DNA from: Podospora anserina
Lineage: Eukaryota
DNA length: 64,000 bases
Reading direction: 5' to 3'
NCBI GenBank assembly: GCA_017654855.1
Contig: CM030337.1
Location: 1,178,001 to 1,242,000, forward strand
This document shows, one piece after another, positions 50,942-63,190 of the stretch. Position numbers and translations under genes: made by a program. Under the pieces are notes generated by a model, which worked only from the letters and a program-made list of their open reading frames with translations, made no database searches and was not told the DNA's origin. Every line of letters starts with the position of its first letter. The first letter of the stretch is position 1.

Positions 50942-51060
50942 ACATACAACACCGAGGATTCCCCAGTGGTCACCCACCTGAGTACTAGTTCGGCACTCAA
51001 CTGCTTATCTAGGGGAGAGCGGACGGGATCCCGAGCTTTCAGTTGGTTATGGTCGTATGT
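50942..51060 (-). rRNA. 5S rRNA (dispersed copy), identical to 47772-47890
   Basis: Reverse complement matches the first copy over all 119 nt by eye; T-run downstream on the minus strand. Confidence 0.96.
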
Positions 51061-52474
51061 GGTAGTTGATGCAGGAAATGGAGGTTGTGTTTGGTGGTGG
51101 TGGCGAAGATAGAAATGGAGGCTACGGCAGAAGATCAGGGGCTTGGGAGGCGATGGATGGGGCGCTTGATCAGCTTCTAAGGGGGACTTGGAGGTGATAC
51201 GAGATAAAAAGGTCCTTTTTAAGGAGTAAGAAGCTGCCCTATGTCTTTGTGGGTTTTGGTTGACAGAGCAAGGTTTTGTCCTTTCGTTCAGAACGACGTT
51301 ATCAGAGATTGTCTTTGAGATGAGGATGATGAACTTTAGGGCAATTGCGTCTACAACAATGGATATTGCAGTGAGTCCAGGCCGCGATCTCTGCTGTTGT
51401 GCTTTGATGGCAATACTGAATTGTACTCGATCTGACCAACATCCTCGAGCTCGGGGAGAGAGGTAGGACAACCATGTTTCCATGCAGTACCGTGGCGGCT
51501 TACTACCTATTTTCTGCCTTCCCTTTTGAGAGTTTTAGCTTGGGCATTCTTCATCTGAGGCTAATGCTACCAGGAGTGGCAGTTGTGTCTGTGGTCCATG
51601 AGCATTTTAATTCCTAGAAGATCCTCACTACGTCTCGAACACAGCCCTTGGCAATCCGAACTAGAACCGCAATCTCAAACCAAATACCAATGCTGTCTGT
51701 TTGCCTTGGATGCTTCAATCACTCCAAAACCACCCGCGAACCAATATTTTTCTTGTTGCCTGGTTGCTCAGTTTCACCGGACTGTGTCAACAATATCTTG
51801 GCATCACCTCCTGTCCGAACTTTAGGGGGGGGGGGGAAAGGAGGCTTGCGTAGCCTGGCCAGCTTGGGCCGCTGACAACCTCACGACGAGCATAATTTCG
51901 AATAGACAAGTTGGCAGAAGGCAGCCTATATTATAAATCTTTCATGAAGGAAGGTAAATAAAAGTCACTGGATCCGGGGAAAGGGGGACTCAAAAGTAGC
52001 ACCACCCCATCAACTCACCTCTCATTACCTCCCCATTGCCTCCCATCCATCACCTCACAATCACGATTCCCAGCACCCACACACCTCCAAACCACAATCG
52101 AGTACCAAAGTAATGTAAGTCATCGTATTTACTCCGAGCTATAACAGCTACTCTATTCCCCTCGGCCGGGTATTCCGCTCTTGCAATAACACCATCTAAA
52201 ATCTAACCGACCGCAACAGGCACTGCGATATCCGCAACAAGCAACGCAATGCCAAAGCCATTGTCCATAGTATAACGCACCGTATCCCATCCCTCTTCCC
52301 TCCTTCTCCCCCACACATCCCACAACCCCCCGCAAAAAAGCAAATACCATGTATTTGTGCGTCTCCCGCATCAATAATTACATATATATAACCCCTTTCC
52401 CCATCCATTTCACCCCCTTTTCGTATTTGGAAATGTAGAATCAAGCCAGAAACCCATCCACACCATCAACCCCC

Positions 52475-55400
52475 CTACCCTGTAGGATTATTTCTCAACA
52501 AATCATACAACGCCTGCTCCCCCCCATCAATACTGCTATAAGTATGACTCGACAAATTCATCGACCGATGCTGCTGCCCATGACTTTGTCCCCCATGACC
52601 TCCCCCATGAGCATGACTCCCCCCACTTCCCGAGTAACCCCCGCTCCCACCAGCCGCCGCCGCAGTCGCAGAGCTGTACGCCGACGAGGCATTATTCCCA
52701 CTCTGAAAACCATACCAATTCTGCTGCTGATTGTTACTCGTATGCTGCTGCGGTTGGTTAGAGTACGTATTATAACTCTGCTGTTGATGCTGCTGGGTTT
52801 GTTGTTGCGGTTGTTGGGTGTGCTGCTGTTGCTGCTGATGACGCTGTGCCTGCTGCTGGTGATGCTGCTGAGATTGCTGCGCATACGTCGCCGTTGAGCT
52901 CCTAGTCTGCATTGTTGGCGGCTGAGGACGCATGTTAAACCCCTGAACTGCCTGTGATTGTTGGGTGTAAGAGTTTTTGCTGGAAGCAGATTGATTGGCG
53001 TTGTAGTTGTGAGAGTTCCGGGTCTGAGAAGTCGAAGTAGTTCCCCATTGGGAAGCGCTGGGTGTGACATCTGCCGTTGTGGTGTAAGAGGAGGCTACAT
53101 TCTGGGATACCGGTGTCGAATGACTGGTTGATGAGGTCATGTGGTTTGTTCGATTATAATTCTCGAGCGCCTTGTCAAAGTTGGAGAAGGAGGCCGTGTT
53201 CGTACTTGGCGCTGCCGGTGTGCTGGAATAGGGCTGGTAGCCTATGCGGTCATTAGACGAATCGGCTCTTGAAGCACTTGCGCTGGCAGTGTTCGAGTAC
53301 TGGTTGTAGTTGTAGCCCTGTGTCGAGGTCGACGTCGAATCTGGCTGAGTTGTCTGTTGTGAGGACTGAGTAGCAGAGTAACCCGAGGTATTTGTCACTG
53401 ACTGCGTCGGCTGAGGCTGGCGCGAGGCATTGTTCACAGGGGTCTGAGATCGGTTGCTCTGCCGACTCTTGGCCGGAGAAAGCTGTGCCGCCGACTGGTA
53501 GGGAGAAGTGTGTGCAGCTTGAGCAGGCTGTGTGGCCGCAGGACAGTTGGCACTGGTCCAAGCAGACGGTTGCTGTTGTCGCAGGTCGTCATAACCTTGG
53601 TAAACTGGAGCAGACCTCTTACTTCTATGCTGTCTTGGTGAAGTCCGAGTTGGCATTGCTGTAGCTGGAGCTGGAGCTGGAGCTGGAGCTGGAGCTGGAG
53701 CTGGAGCTGGAGCTGGAGCTGGAGCTGGAGCAGGAGCAGGAGCAGACCAAGCACTTATTTGGCTTGTCTGATTGCTGAGACTGGCGGTATGAGTGTTGCT
53801 GTGATGAGAGGGCTGGCTAGTTGGCAGGCTTCTTCTCGGCCTCGAGGGTGGTTCTACCACCCTCGTGTGCTGCGGCTGGGGCATTGTGTTGTGATTTTCC
53901 GGATACGTAAACTCAGGTATAGTCGGAGCAACAGGTTCTAGTACCGGAGGAGTGATATACTCCATTGGGGCAGGTTCCACAGGTGCCGAGGTTATGCTTG
54001 GCTGTGCTAGTTCTGTATGGGTTGTGGAAGTTTGAGGGAAGGTTAGCCCTGAAGAGTGGTGATATAACCCGTGAGCTTGAGAGAAGGTATCGGAGGGTGA
54101 TTCGATTTGATGAGGGAAGTCATGAGCCACTGGTTCTGGCGCTTCTTCAATTGAGTCTGGCGAAAGCTCTTGGGAGGCTTGGTGGTCTTCGGCAGGCTCG
54201 GTGTGAAATCCAGGTGACCCTAAATCTTCAGGTTCATCGTCTGAAATAGCAACGGGGCCTGGCTCTGGTACACTTGGTGCAGCCAATGCCTCTGGGCCGA
54301 CATTCGACTCCTTGCCCCGTATTCTGTGGGAATAGTGGCACACCCAACCTTTAGCGAGACAATTTTGACACACAGGTCGCGCTTTGTCGCACTATAACAT
54401 GTGTTAGCCTCTCCGATTCTACTCGTTCTAGAACATGTCTTACCTTGGAGTCTTTGGGTGGCTTGTGAGTCCGGCAGTTGTCACACACACCACGTGGGGG
54501 TTTCTTGCCTTCCACCGCGCCGGAATAGACATGTGCAATAGGGGCAACAGGTGCAACAGCCTCTTCTGGCTGGAGCTCTGCCTCCGACTTCTTTTTCCGC
54601 GACCTCTTTTTGGGCGTCCTTGAGGCTGGCACCTGGACTGGAGGGCTTTGGGATGGTGTGCTTTGCTCTGAATTTGCCCCGTCCTTGGTAGGATGTACAA
54701 TTCGCAGTCTCTCCGCGCCATACTTCACAAGCATAGCCAGCGAATCCTTCTGCAAATCTGGCGACTGATTTGCAAAAATGTTAAACTGCTCAGTCGACAA
54801 GGTCTGTGGGTCAATTCCAGCATCAGTAAGTAATTTGTTAGCAACATCCCGCCTTCTCTCCAGCTCGCCTGGTGGGAGGTTGAAGACCGGGGGCACCGGA
54901 TCGGCGTAGTCTCCGTTCGGCTGAGCATTGTTAGCACCGTAGACTTCATTGTTGTAGAGCTGTCGCTCAGAAGGGTCGCCAACCGGACCAGCTGGGGCCG
55001 TAGAGTCCTTCTTCTTTCGCCGCTTCTTTGGCTGTGATGAATCCTCCACTGGAAGACCATCCTCTCCTACAGCTCTCTTCCTCGATCGTGATGTTTTTGT
55101 CTTGGTTTCCTTTGGCGCTCTCGGCTCTTTGCGTAGCCTTGGGGCTCTGGGTTCTTTCGGTTTATTTTCTGGTGTCTTTACGACAGGAGCAACTGGCGGA
55201 GGGGCAAGAAGCTCAATCAGTTGTCCAACAGTCTTGTGAAGCGGTGAGTGTTCGTACTTAACATCGATGGTCCGCGATGACTTAAGAAAGGATATCTTCA
55301 AGCACCCTCTGCAATCGAAAGCTGGTCGAGCTATAGAGTATTTTGTTAGCAGTTATGCATATGGTATCCATCTCAAAGAAAAACATACAAAGATGGATAG

Positions 55401-55968
55401 GATCCTGTCCACCCTTCTCGCTCCATTCACTAATAACGGTCTTGGCGGGGGTCTTCGCAGCTTGCCGACTCCATGACTGCCATGAGTCCTTGCAAATGTA
55501 GCTGAAAGCCCAGCCCTGATCGGTCCGTGCAACAGCCCGTACCACCCACCGACTCCCATCAATCTGACCTAGCGATGTGGTGATATGGCTAGCCACAAGC
55601 TTCTGAACCGCATTGTCGTCTGCCGGTTGATTGATGACAGCGTCACTAGCATTGACTCGACGCGCGGGTTGTCCATCACTGCCAATAACTGTAGGCCCAA
55701 CACTGGCGCGCACCCCTTCTCCAAGCGATGGATCGATGCTTGACGCGTTCTCCGAAGCTTCGTTCTCGTTTTCATTGACGGGGATCTCGAAGACAGCATT
55801 CGACCGGATCTGGAATGTCTCTGCGATGAAGTCGGCGCGGGTTTCGGTTACATGCCCTTGAAGAGCAGCTCGCAGCTTGTCCTGGAGCTCAAAGATGGAA
55901 CCACACATAGCTTTCGGTTGTTGTGCGCCGCCCAGGCTCAGACCCAGGCCGCCGAGCAGTGCGTCCAT
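52475..55968 (-). CDS. Putative transcription factor: N-terminal Cys/His domain, Zn2Cys6-like cluster, Q/S/Y-rich tail; introns 55388-55331 and 54443-54392
   Basis: Splicing yields CDNCRTHKPPKDSKCDKARPVCQNCLAKGWVCHY; NLS-like PKKRRKKK; canonical splice sites join three ORFs. Confidence 0.8.
53663..53742. repeat. (GCTGGA)n coding hexamer repeat giving (AP)n
   Basis: About 13 hexamer units within the transcription factor CDS. Confidence 0.95.
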
Positions 55969-56584
55969 GTTGAAATTATCGCGAACTGATTGTTGTGCTC
56001 ATCTGCGGGGTTGTAGTACTCGAACGAAGTCGAACAAAGGCGGGCGGAGAAGTCGGAGATATTGGATTACAGGCGTGATCGTTGGTGGCTGCCGTGACTG
56101 GGATTAGCCCCTGCCCTTGACTACCGAACTCGCGATGCGTCACGGTGGTGGGCAATCGCAGCAATTGACACAGAAGACGCGCGTGGCGGGCAGCTCGAAA
56201 ATCAGGTGGGGTCTGTCGCTGTGTGCATACTTGGCTGCGGCTGGGAGCGGTATGGCCTTGCGTGTCGCAAATAAGTGTAAGTGTCAGCTGGAAATTGCCC
56301 AGTCCGGGAGAGGCAGCCGAATGGAAAATGCGGTTATTGGTCTTTACGAGAGTAGTAGAAGTAGGGTTAGGGTTCTCTTCGATATGTGGATTCCGACTCT
56401 CAAATGCTTTATGTACGAGAAGTATAGATAACAACATTCAACATCGAAAGTATAAAAGAGTGAAGTATTGTAGAGCCAAATAGTAAAGCCCAGTTGTACA
56501 CGGCATGTGTAAGTCAAAGCGGTTCATTCCAATGCCGCGCTATTACTAATCCAAACAAACATGAGTACATGAGGCCAGCCTCCC

Positions 56585-58637
56585 TCACGCATGCTCCTCG
56601 ATCCATTGCTCGAGTCTCTCCAACAAATCAACCTTCTTTCCAGTTGTGCTGATTCCTTTGCTTGTCAAGATATCCTTGAGTACAGCCACCGTGAGCTTCT
56701 TCAATGTGTCGTTCTCCCAGGCAGCTTTGAGCTCTGCGTTGCTCATTTGACCACCAGAACTAGCACTGCCTGCTGCGGTCTTTGGCCGCTTAGCCAGTCG
56801 TGGTCTTTCTTCCGCATCGTCTTCTTCGAGTTCGCGTTTAGTGGCTCGGAGTTGCATAAACTCTTTCGCCTTGTCCGCCAACTCTTGTTTCCACTCGGCC
56901 ATATACGCACCTACCCGCTTGTCAATTTGCCGGTATTTTGGCACAGTCAAGTCATCCAGGGCATCTGGAACATCCTCTTCAAGCGCCATGGCCTGGAGAA
57001 TCTTGTAGTGCCACTGCAAAGCAGGGTTTGGGTATTTAAGAGGGTTGTATGTGGCCTTGGGCAGTTGAAGGTTCTGAATGATTTCTCTCATCTTGTCTGT
57101 CAGCTCATCCGCAGGCTTGGTGGAGGTCTTGATTTCAACGCTTCTGATATCGTCTGCAAAGGGCAAGGGATAAAGCCAGAGCCCTGCAGGGAGATATGGT
57201 GCGGTTGAATCCTCGTCCTCGTCGTTGAGGCTTCCCGACGGAATGACAGCCACCATGACAGGATTGGCATTCTTTCGAGCAACGTACCATGCGATCCCGA
57301 CCTTCTTGGAAGTCAATAGCTTCTGCCAAAGAGCCGAAAATACACGGGTTGAACCGACGTAACCGTCCTCGCTTGGGAAAATGAATGTTGACTTCTTGAC
57401 TGAGGCCCACATTGGGATGTTGGCCAGTGGCTTGAAGCCGATGATGCGGAGAACTTTGGTGTCGAGTTCCTTCAAGGACTTTGCTTCCTCGGGGGTGAAG
57501 TAAATGTACTCGCCGCCAAACTTGTAGGCCTTTTTGATTTCGCTCTTTTCAACGGTTCTGGCCTCGGAATCAACCTTGGTAGTTTCAGATTGAGCTAGTT
57601 GGGCTTGTTCTCCACCAAGCCACACATAGCAGGTGCGGGCGGGCTTTTGCTGGTGGAGTGGCATGTAGCCCTTGACTGTGATCGTAAGACCTGGAGCAAG
57701 CTCAAAGGGCATCCTGGAGAAATAGGATCGCTTTGGTGTTTGTTTTGAGTTGATATTGGAGATCAAGGAGTTGAGAAGAGTCAGGCCATCGCCCGATCTT
57801 GATGTTTTGACTCCTTCAGGGTTGTCCCCTTCCTCGACCGAACTGCGGTAGACGATATCCTACACTTGTTAGGCCACAGACGGGTAAATGTGCCAGGATT
57901 ACTTACATCGTAGAATTTTGAGAGGTCGAAGGGCTTCTTCGCCCGGCTGACAGGGAATAGTTCAATCGTCACACCAAGATCATAGAGATCCTTGGCACGA
58001 ACAGCTGCCGATGACTTGGCCTGTTTGTCGTTCCCGTGTGGATTCTCATTGTCTGTGATGATGAACAGTCTTCGCGAGCCGAAGTTGGCAGCATTGGTCG
58101 TGAAAATCTGGTTGGCACAAAAGAGCACATTCGACATGAGTACCGGTTCCTTGGATGGAACGAGCACCTCATCGGCATCCTCTCCCTCCTCTACCAAATC
58201 TCTCAATTTCTTGACATCCTCCGCTCCTGGGACATCGAGCTCAGTGAAGAGGTAGCAGTGAGGATAGCCAGAGCCACTCCGACTACCAGTGTCGTCGCGG
58301 AATTTGGACTTTTCAGTCCCAAACAGCAGGATACCCATCATATCTTTTGGTTGGGCAATGATACGCTGTTGCATAAATTGATGGGCGCATTTCAGGGCGG
58401 CAACCACGGCGGAATCCTTATCGGACTTCTTGTCGTCGCTACTCGGAGGTGGCTGCAACATGGACGCGCTCACGTCAATGGCGAACAGTACGGCATCTTT
58501 TTGAGTTTTGTAGTCCTGACGTCTCGGTCAGCTTCAACTCTGATAATAATCATTGGACTTTCACCAACATTCTCATCCAACTCATCCTCCTCCTCTTCGC
58601 CCCCATAGCGGCGCTCCTCATCGTCTCCCCAGGCCAT
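56585..58637 (-). CDS. ku70: Ku70 NHEJ DNA-binding subunit; introns 58568-58516 and 57906-57860
   Basis: [16 protein letters not shown] vWA start, [31 protein letters not shown]-terminal SAP domain ([13 protein letters not shown]...GKK.DL). Confidence 0.95.
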
Positions 58638-59235
58638 TCCGATAGGAAACAAACTCCTTTTAGTTGTTGAAGTGTTCCTGAGAAATTGAGTTTCCACACG
58701 CCGTCCAATTGATGAGAATTGAATATTTCGCAATTCAAGGGATAATTGACTCTCGCAACTCAACGGGCGAAATTGAATTATGTATGATGCAACCAGGTTG
58801 AGACGCGCTAGAACCAGGCAGGCGCGCGACTGCCTAAACGCCAAATCACGTGCCTCCTTGTCACGAACAAAGCAATTGAAGCGCTCTTATTGGCAGCTGC
58901 TGCACGGACCGATCTCCAACGTCATTGGAGAAGGCCAAGATCGCAAAAGTCGGCCGACAGCAATTGCTACCGAACCATTCGGGGCAAACATGCGGAGTAA
59001 TAAGAAAGTGTCCAGAACATCTCTCAATTTACCCCGACATCGCCACCCAGACACTCTGTCCGAACTTTTTACACGAACAGTTCCAGAAGTCATCCGGTGA
59101 CATATTTCAAAGCCTCACCTGTGTGTCTGACCCTCGATCGTCAACTTTCCACGCCAAACCATCCCGGGATTTCGGCTGTGTGATTCTTTTATAAAATCAC
59201 AAGCCACACCCGGATTGCCTGACCCCGTCATAGCC

Positions 59236-60609
59236 ATGGGCTTCCGACTCCCGGCCGCCGCTTTGCGCCCTCTGCGATCTTCAGTCCTCCTTAAGCCTGC
59301 TGCGCAACAAACACGATGGCTTGCCACACCGACACCGTTCCCAGTAACACAGAACATGACCAGCTCTCGGGGGCCGACAGCCATGGTCTTCCTGAATATG
59401 GGCGGCCCCTCCACAACGGATGAAGTTGGCGATTTCCTCAGTAGATTATTTGTGCGCCAATCCTACCAACGCTTTCCTATTCCTCGCCGGTGACAGGTTT
59501 GACTGACTGTGTTTTCGTCTGCCAGGCCGATGCTGATCTCATTCCTCTTGGCCGCCTGCAAAACTACCTCGGTCCCCTCATCTCGAAGCGTCGTACCCCC
59601 AAAATCCAGAAGCAATACGCTGCCATCGGTGGCGGTTCGCCCATTCGCAAATGGTCTGAGCTCCAATGCGCGGAGATGTGCAAGCTACTCGACCAGATCT
59701 CCCCTGAGACTGCCCCTCATAAGCCCTACGTCGCCTTCCGCTACGCCAACCCCCTGACCGAGCATATGTACCGGCAATTATTGGCGGATGGTTTTGGTAA
59801 TGGAAAAGGAGGTCGCGCCGTTGCTTTTACACAATACCCACAGTATTCCTGCTCGACAACGGGAAGCAGTCTGAACGAGCTCTGGAAGTGGAGGCAGAGG
59901 CTGGAGGGTAAGGCCGGGCCGCTGGACGACGGGAGCGATGGGACTATCAAGTGGAGTGTGATTGATCGATGGCCGGTCCACCCTGGATTGGTCGAGGCTT
60001 TTGCGCAAAACATTGAGGCAAAGTTGCAGGAGTATCCTCCCGAGAGGAGGGACAAGGTTGTCTTGCTGTTTTCTGCGCACAGCTTGCCTATGACGGTCGT
60101 GAATAGGGGTATGTTACAGTCTTGTCTGGTTACGCAGCCGCAGTGCTAACATGCATCTAGGCGATCCCTATCCTGCCGAAGTTGGTGCGACAGTCCACGC
60201 TGTCATGCAGAGACTAGGCCATGTCAACCCTTACAGACTATGCTGGCAATCTCAGGTTGGCCCTCAGCCATGGCTCGGCCCGCAAACCCAGATGTCAGTT
60301 GAAGAGTACATTGCCAAGGATCAGAAGGACTTGGTCTTGATTCCCATTGCCTTCACCTCCGATCACATCGAGACTCTCTACGAGCTCGATGAGGAGGTGA
60401 TTGGCGAGTCGGGCCACAAGGACACTGTCAAGCGTGTGGAGAGTTTGAACGACAGCCCTGTGTTTATCAAGGCTTTGGCTGACTTGGCCAAGACCCATCT
60501 GGACAGCGGGATTGCGACTTCACCACAGATGAGTTTGAGGTGTCCTGGCTGCAAGAGCGACAGATGTCACGAGTCGAAGAAGTTTTTTGCCGCACAGGAG
60601 CTGGCATAA
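59236..60609 (+). CDS. HEM15: Ferrochelatase; introns 59452-59525 and 60109-60160
   Basis: Mitochondrial presequence, FLNMGGP, IGGGSPI, AFTQYPQYSCSTTGSS, LFSAHSLP, WQSQVGP, FTSDHIETLYE, C-terminal CPGC....C. Confidence 0.96.
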
Positions 60610-61106
60610 ACAGAATTCAGCAGAAAAATGTATCTTACTGTATAAGGTTGTAATTGCGAGTGTTTGTTATGACTTCTGCATACCTAGGGAATTGTGCAGG
60701 AGAGCTGGCAATGCATCCCACCGGCAGGTGCATTTGTCATCCGGACAATGCAGCACCCGACTGCCGATGAAGGATGCGGGATGGAAACCTGCCTCGTGCG
60801 TCATTGATTTAGAACGGCACTTGGAGGTACCACCAGTAGATTACAAAAGCTTCGTTATCTCTGTTGTTTTGTTGGTAGAATAAGTCTCCGAAGATGTCTT
60901 GCACTCGGACTTCGGGTAGTGTTATCGCTCTCCGACCCAGCCGGAAGGATTTGAACAAGCTATGGTTGAAGCTTTCACCAGCGACCAACCGTTGGAAATT
61001 CTATGATCTACAAGAGGCTTTGTTCATTGGGGGAGCTAAAAAGCTGGGATTTCCCTCTCCCCATACAAGCCACGGTTGTGGCTATTCCCTATCTAGTATA
61101 GTGTAA

Positions 61107-62625
61107 TAATTTACTTATTAGATCTCGGTAGAAAGAACTATTTAAACTAAAATTTATAAATTGATTAGGTTATAATCATAAGTATATTATTAATTGTAAC
61201 ATTAGTTAGTTAAAAAGCCAAAGATAAATGGAAATGGTAATATTAAAAATACTTAAGTGCTTTATAAAAGTTAAAAAAGAATTTTTTATCGGTTACTTTA
61301 TATAATTTCGTTGATTTTTTATAAATTTAAAACATCTTTCTAAATAAACTTTTTAAAGTAAATTTAATAATATTGTTTTCAAAATTTTATTTTTATTTTA
61401 TTATTCACTTTTTAACTTTTATACTTTAAATTTTTTTTACTATAATAAGTAGTTTTTTTTCGGTTAAATTAATAATATGTTAAAATACAGCTTTTGTTTG
61501 TGGATTCCACAGTGTATCTAAGCCCTGTAAAGTATAGGGCCTCAGAGGTAATACAATGGCTTGGATCAGTAGTGCTTAGAGATTACAGCTGCTGGAACGG
61601 AACTCGGCTTCCTGAAGCAACCCGAAGTCCCGGGAAACCAAGCGCTAAAGCTACCGCTCTATAATAGTGGTTTAGGGTGCGGCTATAAGCCTGAGGGTAC
61701 GAGTGAGAAAGTGGGGCTCTCCGAGGACTCAGGGAGTTCAAGGGTCATGTATATAAGCGGTCTGCTTCTGGCAGTCTATTTTAGACGGGACATCGACTTT
61801 TATTTCTTCGTATTTTGTGCCTGGCACGCGTGCAGGCAATTCTGGCCCTCTCATCAGGCTAATCCGGTGCTTATTATGTGGCCTGCGAGCCCATAGTGTC
61901 TTTTCTTCGTCTTACGTGAAGTGCGGCCTGCGAGCGAGTCACTGTCATGTAGGTAAGTTTATTCAGGGACCTGTTGAGGGGATATTTGTGGTGCTGTGGT
62001 TATTTTTGTGTGTTTTTTTACCATTTCACTACGCTGATAGCTATTTAAGCCTATATTTTACAAGCCTTAATAGCACTTTTTTCAATATAAATTAAAGATA
62101 AAAAGCCTTTAAAAATGTTTTAAGGCACAGATTTTTAAATTATAGCTAATAAAGGTTTCGAACACAATATATTTCTCTTAGCTATAGCTTGAAGATTTAC
62201 AATAAAAATAAATAAATAATAATTTTTACTACATATTATAAACTATAATAATAGTAAAAAACTTAATTTTAAATATATTTTGCAATTTTAAAGTTAAAGA
62301 CATTCATTATAAATTATTAATCTTAGTTATTTTAATTAGTCATTTTCGTAAAATATATTATATATAAATTTAAATAATTATAATGATCATAAAGCAAGGT
62401 TTTAATTATAAAAAACTATTATTAAATTTATAATTATTAAAATTAAATTCTATAAATTAATTAGATTATATTAATAAGTATGTTATGAATTATAATATTA
62501 ATTAGTTGAAAAAAGCGAGAACTAATAAAATAGTAGTATCAAAAGTATTTAAATATCTTATAAAAGTTAAAAGTTCTTTTCTTTATAGCTTACTTTGTGT
62601 AATCCCGTTAGTCCCTATAGATCTC
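61107..62625. mobile_element. AT-rich, RIP-like degenerate repeat relic
   Basis: Abrupt extreme AT and TpA richness at about 61107-61490 and 62040-62600, no ORFs, internal degenerate direct repeat. Confidence 0.75.
61495..61947 (+). mobile_element. Possible solo LTR or younger repeat inserted in the AT-rich relic (ends approximate)
   Basis: About 450-nt normal-GC non-coding island, TG...CA candidate ends, TATATAAG near 61749, internal repeat GGCCTGCGAGC twice; no target-site duplication identified. Confidence 0.5.
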
Positions 62626-63190
62626 ATAGCCTAGCGCCCCGTAATTTTACCTTATTTCTCAGGCCTTGAATTTAACAGGAACAGTTCATAAAACCACCTG
62701 CGGTCCCGAGGTGCGCGCGTATCCCTGCTTGGGATTGTTCTTTCGTTATTGTTCTCGTCGACCTTGATTTCTCTGTACTATGCCCTAGGACCTAAAATCT
62801 GCCGCTTGTCTGTCGCTCTCTTCCCACCTACTATAGTTTTGATTCATGTCTAGTTGAGACTGCCTCTTCACCTCGGCGATATCCCACCTAACCCCGGACT
62901 TCCGGGCCTCGTCCCATCTTATCTTAGCTCGGGACAGGTCACGAAGCACCAGTTTACATAACACTAGCTCCAAATCACTTCCTCACAACAAAAACCAATT
63001 CATGTCGTAATTCCTCCCGCGCCTAACGACAGTTTTATCTTTTTTTTTTTGGTTTGCGGGGCGGACAATTCTTTCTCCTTGCACCTTATGAACCACCATT
63101 CAACGGTTTCACATCACAAATTGGACCTTTGTTACATGGCGTTATAAGAGACTGTTTCGCGGCATCCCTGATATCAGAACGGGTACCTGG

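Noticed and set aside
50872-51483. 203-aa minus-strand ORF
   Set aside because: Reads through the 5S rRNA gene; no protein-like features.
56361-56374. Telomere-like TAGGGTTAGGGTT (similar at about 2243 and 12781)
   Set aside because: One or two units only; common promoter-type motif, no evidence for telomere or telomerase RNA.
42339-58637. dcl1, HET and ku70 as a genome-defence cluster
   Set aside because: Interspersed with unrelated genes; proximity alone is not evidence.
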